Positions 27,648 to 32,134 of a stretch of DNA of 32,134 bases are shown piece by piece. The number at the start of each line of letters is the position of its first letter. Position 1 is the stretch's first letter. A program made the position numbers and the translations under genes. The stretch comes from Verrucomicrobiales bacterium (lineage in GTDB: Bacteria; Verrucomicrobiota; Verrucomicrobiia; Verrucomicrobiales; SLCJ01): the NCBI GenBank assembly GCA_046075565.1, contig JBJTQJ010000044.1, forward strand, positions 1 to 32,134. The letters run 5' to 3'. The notes beneath the pieces were generated by a model, which was not told where the DNA came from, did not search any database, and saw only the letters and a list, made by a program, of their open reading frames with translations.

Positions 27648-28868
27648 ATGGGTTGCTCGCTTTTCTCCCCTTTTCGATGGTTCTCTCGAAGCCTGCCTCT
27701 TGTCTTGCTTCTGCCCGTCTTTGCGGCTGCAGAAATCCAATGGAACGCGGAGGTATTGTCAGAACTCCAGACACGGGGCGTATCCGCGCTTGAGGAAACG
27801 GTCGATGCTCTTGTTGCGAAAAGTGATGGTCCGCTGGATGCCGAATGGAAGGCACTTGCCCTCGTCGCGCTCGGGCTACGGGAGAATGTGGGCCGCTGGA
27901 ACCCACCGCCCAATCCGACCCCCATGCTCCAGTTGGTGATTGGTCGTTTGGACGAAAAGAGCGCGATCGAGTGGTGGAACAAGGCCGGACCTGACATCGT
28001 CGCCGTGGCCGACCACCTAAGTCGCCACCAACCACCCGACGCCGGAACCCCTCCCGTCGAGCTCTGGCGCGACGGTATTTGTCGTGCCGTCAACTTGGGC
28101 GATGAGGTTGCGTTGAGCACCTTTCCCTGGAGCGCCGTCGCTCCCTTTGATACCTTCCGCTGGCTGACCGAAACCGAGACCCTTTCGCCCGAGGGACGTG
28201 ACCGGCTTTTTCTGGAATTCATCGCGCGTGGCAGACCGCATGATCAATTGTCGGAGCTGCTATGGTGGAAATGCGCGCTGCTCGCATCGGAAAATCGACG
28301 TTACGACGTGCTCGCTGTCCTCATGGCCCAACCACCTGTCTTCAAGGAGGCTGAATTCGCGAAAACATGGGCGCTTGTGCTTTCGCTGCATCCCGCCTGC
28401 CGCTCGCTCCATGGTTGTCTTCCTCCGGCTGCGATCCAAGCCTGGCAAAAGGAACCGGGGCACTCTGCCGGTTCGGCGAGCAACCGCATTCTCCGCCTCT
28501 GGCTCGAGTTCGCCCCACCGGAGCAGCGCGAAAGGCTTCCCCTCTGGCGCACCGAACGCGTCCGCCGGGCGCTCGCCCTCGGCAATGCCCGCGAAGCGCT
28601 CGAGCTTTTCGACGAGGCAGCCGCTGCCGACCCCGAGCCCGGACTGGCCACCCGGCTGCGGAGCGTCCTGCGCACCGACACGACCCTACTGCGCGAAGCC
28701 GCTACGATGGAACTTTCCGCTCCCGCTCGCCGCATGGTGAGGTCCATCGAAAGGAAGAATGGTATGGCTGAGCAACCAAAGGAATCCGAACGGGCCGCCG
28801 AACTGCGCGCATGGCTGCTCGATGGTTCCGCTTGTCCGGTCTGGGTCGTTCCGATAGAGACAAAGTGA
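27648..28868 (+). CDS. Hypothetical secreted protein
   Basis: 406-aa ORF filling the gap, with a signal-peptide-like segment (LPLVLLLPVFAAA). No family recognised. Confidence 0.55.
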   Translation: MGCSLFSPFRWFSRSLPLVLLLPVFAAAEIQWNAEVLSELQTRGVSALEETVDALVAKSDGPLDAEWKALALVALGLRENVGRWNPPPNPTPMLQLVIGRLDEKSAIEWWNKAGPDIVAVADHLSRHQPPDAGTPPVELWRDGICRAVNLGDEVALSTFPWSAVAPFDTFRWLTETETLSPEGRDRLFLEFIARGRPHDQLSELLWWKCALLASENRRYDVLAVLMAQPPVFKEAEFAKTWALVLSLHPACRSLHGCLPPAAIQAWQKEPGHSAGSASNRILRLWLEFAPPEQRERLPLWRTERVRRALALGNAREALELFDEAAAADPEPGLATRLRSVLRTDTTLLREAATMELSAPARRMVRSIERKNGMAEQPKESERAAELRAWLLDGSACPVWVVPIETK

Positions 28869-28927
28869 CTGCATGGCATTCGGGAGCGTGCTTCCTCCCG
28901 TCCCTACGAAGCAGTTGCGCCAGTCTT

Positions 28928-29340
28928 TTATAGGAAGGGATTCACAGCGATTACTCCGCCGTAATCCTGTCCATGATTGAAGTCCTCAGTGAGGAGTTCA
29001 CGCGCGCCGCTGCCGTGAGCGGCGGAGAGAATCATCGCATCCCATAACGAAAGCTGCCAGCGGGATTGAAAAGACAAGCCCAGTCTGAAGAGGGCAAGGG
29101 AATTATCGACAACCGGCCAGTGGTTGAAATCGCCGACCAAGGCGGCTGCGTCGTCGGGACGATGCCCGAGGCGGACGAAGTTCACGAAGAATTCCTGAAG
29201 CACCTGAACGCTGATTGCCGTGCGCTCAAGATCCGACCATGCATGCTCGATAACTTCGAGGGCAATTCTCCGTTTTTCCGGGGCGTCAAGATCGAAGCCA
29301 TAAAGCAGGACATGGTGTCGAAGAAGCGCTTAACGGCCAT
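28928..29340 (-). pseudogene. PIN-domain (VapC-like) toxin with a 1-nt deletion
   Basis: ATG at 29340 gives MAVKRFFDT, then AT instead of AAT at 29312-29313. The other frame continues VLLYGFDLDAPEK...ISVQVLQEFF...SLWDAMILSAA...LLTEDFNHGQ...VNPFL. The span is 413 nt, one short of a multiple of 3. Confidence 0.88.
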
Positions 29341-29551
29341 GGCAGTCCTCCCGGGTCAAAGGTTTGCCGCCCAAATGATACCCTCGCCGCAGGCGCGCAA
29401 GAGCATCGGCGGGCGGGGAGGGCTTGGCCTCCTGTCCAAGGATCGTTTCCAGCCCCTCAATAACCAAACTCCTGATGGTAGTGCGGCGGCGCGCGGCGGC
29501 AATCTTCGTCCGCTCGAAAATCGAGTCTGGAAGGTCAATCGTGGTTTTCAT
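29330..29551 (-). CDS. Ribbon-helix-helix antitoxin (VapB-like)
   Basis: MKTTIDLPDSIFERTKIAAARRRTTIRSLVIEGL...LTREDCHGR; 73 aa; overlaps the toxin start. Confidence 0.85.
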   Translation of the reverse strand: MKTTIDLPDSIFERTKIAAARRRTTIRSLVIEGLETILGQEAKPSPPADALARLRRGYHLGGKPLTREDCHGR

Positions 29552-29561
29552 ATGGCCATAT
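29550..29561. promoter_or_regulatory. Probable TA operator palindrome
   Basis: Perfect 12-bp palindrome ATATGGCCATAT overlapping the antitoxin start codon. Confidence 0.55.
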
Positions 29562-29699
29562 TTACAGGAAACCATCAATCGCATCAAGTTCTCAAGCGAC
29601 CAAATGCTCAAACCACCTGTGGTGAATCGCCGCCCACCGCTTGTCGATCCGTCGTAGTAAGTTGCCGGCTCACCGTCTCCCAATGCGGGAGAAACAAGC

Positions 29700-30446
29700 T
29701 TACCGGACCACGGCTTCGAACAGATCTTTGCTGCCGGCCTGCGGCTCGTCGTCGATGGTGAACCAGCGGCTGTCAGCCACCCGCTGGTCGTTGTAGGGAG
29801 GCGTAAAAATGTCGATCAACTGGGTGATGGCCTCCGCCTTCAGGCTGTGGATGTTTCGCGCCTTCGATGTCAGCGTGGTGATCGCGTTGGGGAGCAAGGT
29901 GGTCTCAGCGCTCTTTCGCAAAAGGCATTCGATTTTCTTCCGGTTATCACCGGCGGCAATGACCTTTTCCTTCACGAGATCGTAGTTGCGCGTATGGACT
30001 TTCCCGCTGGCGCAAAGAATCATACCGGCCATTCCGGGATGGTCGTGGGCTGCGATGGTTTGGTTCTTTTCGAATTGCACCAGGCACACCGCGAAGTCGA
30101 GATGCTTCTCCAGATATTCGATATCCACGTTGCCCTTTTCCAGTCGCTTGCGAATCTGCGCGAAGCCCTTCTGTAAAACCGGATCTTCGCGGTGCAAACG
30201 AAGGGACAAGGCGGAGATTTTTTCCAGATAGTCGTCTTGGTTCCACTGGTCGAGGTGTTGTTTGGCCGCCTCCGCCGCCACCGCCTCGAGAAACGCATCC
30301 CAGTTCATCTTCCCGTCTTTGGGTGCCCGTCCTTTGTTGCCATTCGCCTTTGTCGCCGCCGCGCTGATCCCCGGCAAAGCCAGCAACACGCCGAGAAATC
30401 CCGGCACGGTGGTGCTCAAAAACTGGCGACGATCATATTCGTCCAT
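29700..30446 (-). CDS. Tat-signal cupin, PCO/ADO-like thiol dioxygenase
   Basis: DRRQFL plus a hydrophobic segment; IAAHDHPGM, SGKVHTRNYD, NIHSL and IDIFTPPY. Start is 30446 or 30461. Confidence 0.75.
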   Translation of the reverse strand: MDEYDRRQFLSTTVPGFLGVLLALPGISAAATKANGNKGRAPKDGKMNWDAFLEAVAAEAAKQHLDQWNQDDYLEKISALSLRLHREDPVLQKGFAQIRKRLEKGNVDIEYLEKHLDFAVCLVQFEKNQTIAAHDHPGMAGMILCASGKVHTRNYDLVKEKVIAAGDNRKKIECLLRKSAETTLLPNAITTLTSKARNIHSLKAEAITQLIDIFTPPYNDQRVADSRWFTIDDEPQAGSKDLFEAVVR

Positions 30447-30731
30447 CCGCGGAGAATACATTCCTCCCCCCTGATGGCAAGGGTATTCCAGACTCACCGA
30501 GAAAGGCAAACCTCGCTCCGTTTTCCCGTTTGACCTCCCTTCCTAGAGCCAGCCTTCCGCTCCCAGCCCCCGCGCTTCGGCAGCTTTTATTGGCCGACGA
30601 TAGTTTTCTAAGGGAATTTGCGTCAGGCGGTGTTTCACCGAACAGGCATTGTAATCCCGCGCTTCGTGGCCTTGATTTCAGTGTTGAATGGCTCGCCACG
30701 AGGTAGATTCGGCTTTTCCCCACACATTCAT

Positions 30732-32130
30732 CCCGGATTATGCAATAGAGTAGTCAAAAGGTGGAGGTCGAGCCTCGATATTGCGGAAGATGGAGTCCAT
30801 CCAAGGGCGTTTTTGAGCGGGCAAGGAGATCTTAAGGACCCGTTTGCGGGCGTGCTGGCTGACCCAAGCGCCTAATGCAAAGCAATAGGATCTGAGTGTT
30901 CCAAGAGTGGCCTGGTTGTGGCTGTTGAGCGCGAAGTGCCGGAAGAGGCTCATCAGGTTGTAAGCCACCATGATGAAGCGGAAAGAGGCCTCGGTGGCCC
31001 AGAACTCCTGCAGGCAGAACGCATCCAGGCCGAAGTCCTGCTTCAACTCGCGGATCCGGTTCTCGCAGTCCGCCCTGGTGTTGTAGATATTCCAGATTTG
31101 ATCCAGAGGCAGATTCAGATTGGTCACATACAGGCTGAAGCGGTAGTCGGGCTGGTCCTCGAAGAGCAGTTTGCCGGCAGCCTGCGGCCGGCGGCTCGTC
31201 TGCTTGCGCACCACGATGTGCCGCCGCGCTTTGATTTTCGGATTGGCGGGCTGGTGCGTCCACTCCTTGACCGCGATGCCGGGGCAGATTTCCACCCAGT
31301 CCTTCATGCCGTGAATCTCGTTCCTGAGGTTGGAGTAGGCTTTCGCGGCGATGACATAAGGCAGGCCGCGATCTTCCAGCGCGCTCAAGATCTCGTCGGT
31401 GTAAAATCCGCTGTCGGCGCGCACCAAACCGACTTTCACCCCGGCCAGCGCTTCATCGAAGCTCTCGCGCATGAACTCCACGCAGTTGGAAGAAGCCGCG
31501 GTGTTGCCCGGGCGAAGCCAGGCATTGGCCACCATGCGCATCTGGCTGACAAAAGCAATGAGAGGGTGGTGCGAGTTGCGTCCCCGGCGGTTGGGGTTGT
31601 ATCCTTTGGCAGAGCCTTCCTGGCTGCCTTCACGCGTGATGACTGTGCTGTCGAAGTCCACCGTCACCGCGCCAGTGTTGATCTGCCCGAAAAACCAACC
31701 CTGCAAGGCCGGGAACACCGCCGAGTTGCGCGCCCGGGAGAATTTGCCGAAGAACCGGCTGTAGGTGCTCTGGCTGGGCAAGGAATCGTAGCCGAAGATG
31801 TCGGCCAGCGTCTTGTCCTGCCGCAGCCACTCGCAGTGGACATAGCGGCTGGCTCCCGTCCAGACGGCCAGCCAGAAGCTCTCGATGACCTGCACCGCAT
31901 CGTAGGCCCGGTTGGAGCCGCCACGGGGCAAATCCAGCGTGGCCAAATACTCGCGGATGCCCGTCTGGTCCACGAAGCGCTTCATCAGCGCCATGCCACC
32001 GAACGGCGTCACGGGCTTGTCGGAATACTCAATCGGCAAGTTCACCATACCGGTGATTATGCCATGCCCACCAAGCCCTTGTCACCACTTATCGCAAGCC
32101 TTTCATCTGCACCCTACTGCATAATCCGGG
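30732..32130 (-). mobile_element. Complete IS1380-family insertion sequence (1399 bp)
   Basis: 20-bp terminal inverted repeats with 2 mismatches (cccggattatgcaatagagt and cccggattatgcagtagggt). Left flank is TTCAT (30727-30731) and right flank is TTCA (32131-32134, window end). Confidence 0.92.
30738..32048 (-). CDS. IS1380-family DDE transposase
   Basis: TPFGG, PSQSTYSRF, VDFDST, GYNP...HPL, LRPGN, VRADSGF and YNTRADCENRIRELK. The stop codon lies inside the inverted repeat. Confidence 0.93.
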   Translation of the reverse strand: MVNLPIEYSDKPVTPFGGMALMKRFVDQTGIREYLATLDLPRGGSNRAYDAVQVIESFWLAVWTGASRYVHCEWLRQDKTLADIFGYDSLPSQSTYSRFFGKFSRARNSAVFPALQGWFFGQINTGAVTVDFDSTVITREGSQEGSAKGYNPNRRGRNSHHPLIAFVSQMRMVANAWLRPGNTAASSNCVEFMRESFDEALAGVKVGLVRADSGFYTDEILSALEDRGLPYVIAAKAYSNLRNEIHGMKDWVEICPGIAVKEWTHQPANPKIKARRHIVVRKQTSRRPQAAGKLLFEDQPDYRFSLYVTNLNLPLDQIWNIYNTRADCENRIRELKQDFGLDAFCLQEFWATEASFRFIMVAYNLMSLFRHFALNSHNQATLGTLRSYCFALGAWVSQHARKRVLKISLPAQKRPWMDSIFRNIEARPPPFDYSIA

Positions 32131-32134
32131 TTCA

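Noticed and set aside
10136-30446. ClpS and the PCO/ADO-like enzyme as a bacterial Cys N-degron oxygen-sensing system
   Set aside because: The genes are ~19 kb apart, the dioxygenase appears exported while ClpS is cytoplasmic, and no amino acid transferase is linked.
1-32134. Genome-wide TAG reassignment or pyrrolysine system
   Set aside because: tex ends naturally at TAG, intact genes contain no internal TAG, and no pyl genes or suppressor tRNA are visible. Kept only as a weak hypothesis in findings.

Overview
GC-rich bacterial chromosomal window; gene content and repeat style suggest Verrucomicrobiota, but this is an inference. From left to right: a partial BASS symporter, then a LysR regulator divergent from an arylsulfatase-HAD hydrolase-beta-barrel cluster carrying deletion scars (truncated aqpZ, orphan HAD 3' end, amber-interrupted small lipoprotein). 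Next come rhaT, a clpS-DUF2017-like-ABC exporter run, a rhodanese-YceI fusion and a sensor kinase gene broken by four in-frame TAG codons. cysE lies divergent from Rrf2-apbE-Tat FAD oxidoreductase-DUF4405/DUF2271-like genes, followed by a decayed adenylation-carrier-thioesterase-Ig gene plus amidohydrolase. The right part holds tex divergent from infA, yihY, a TA pair with a frameshifted PIN toxin, a Tat-signal PCO/ADO-like dioxygenase and a complete IS1380-family element. Top observations: (1) infA, missed by the ORF track, has no canonical start and appears to begin at ATT behind a strong SD, with a ~48-aa Gly/Pro/Arg-rich extension; (2) all six in-frame premature stops found are TAG; (3) a secreted homolog of PCO/ADO thiol dioxygenases; (4) a putative flavinylation-based extracytosolic redox module. 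All family calls are by eye from motifs; no searches were run.
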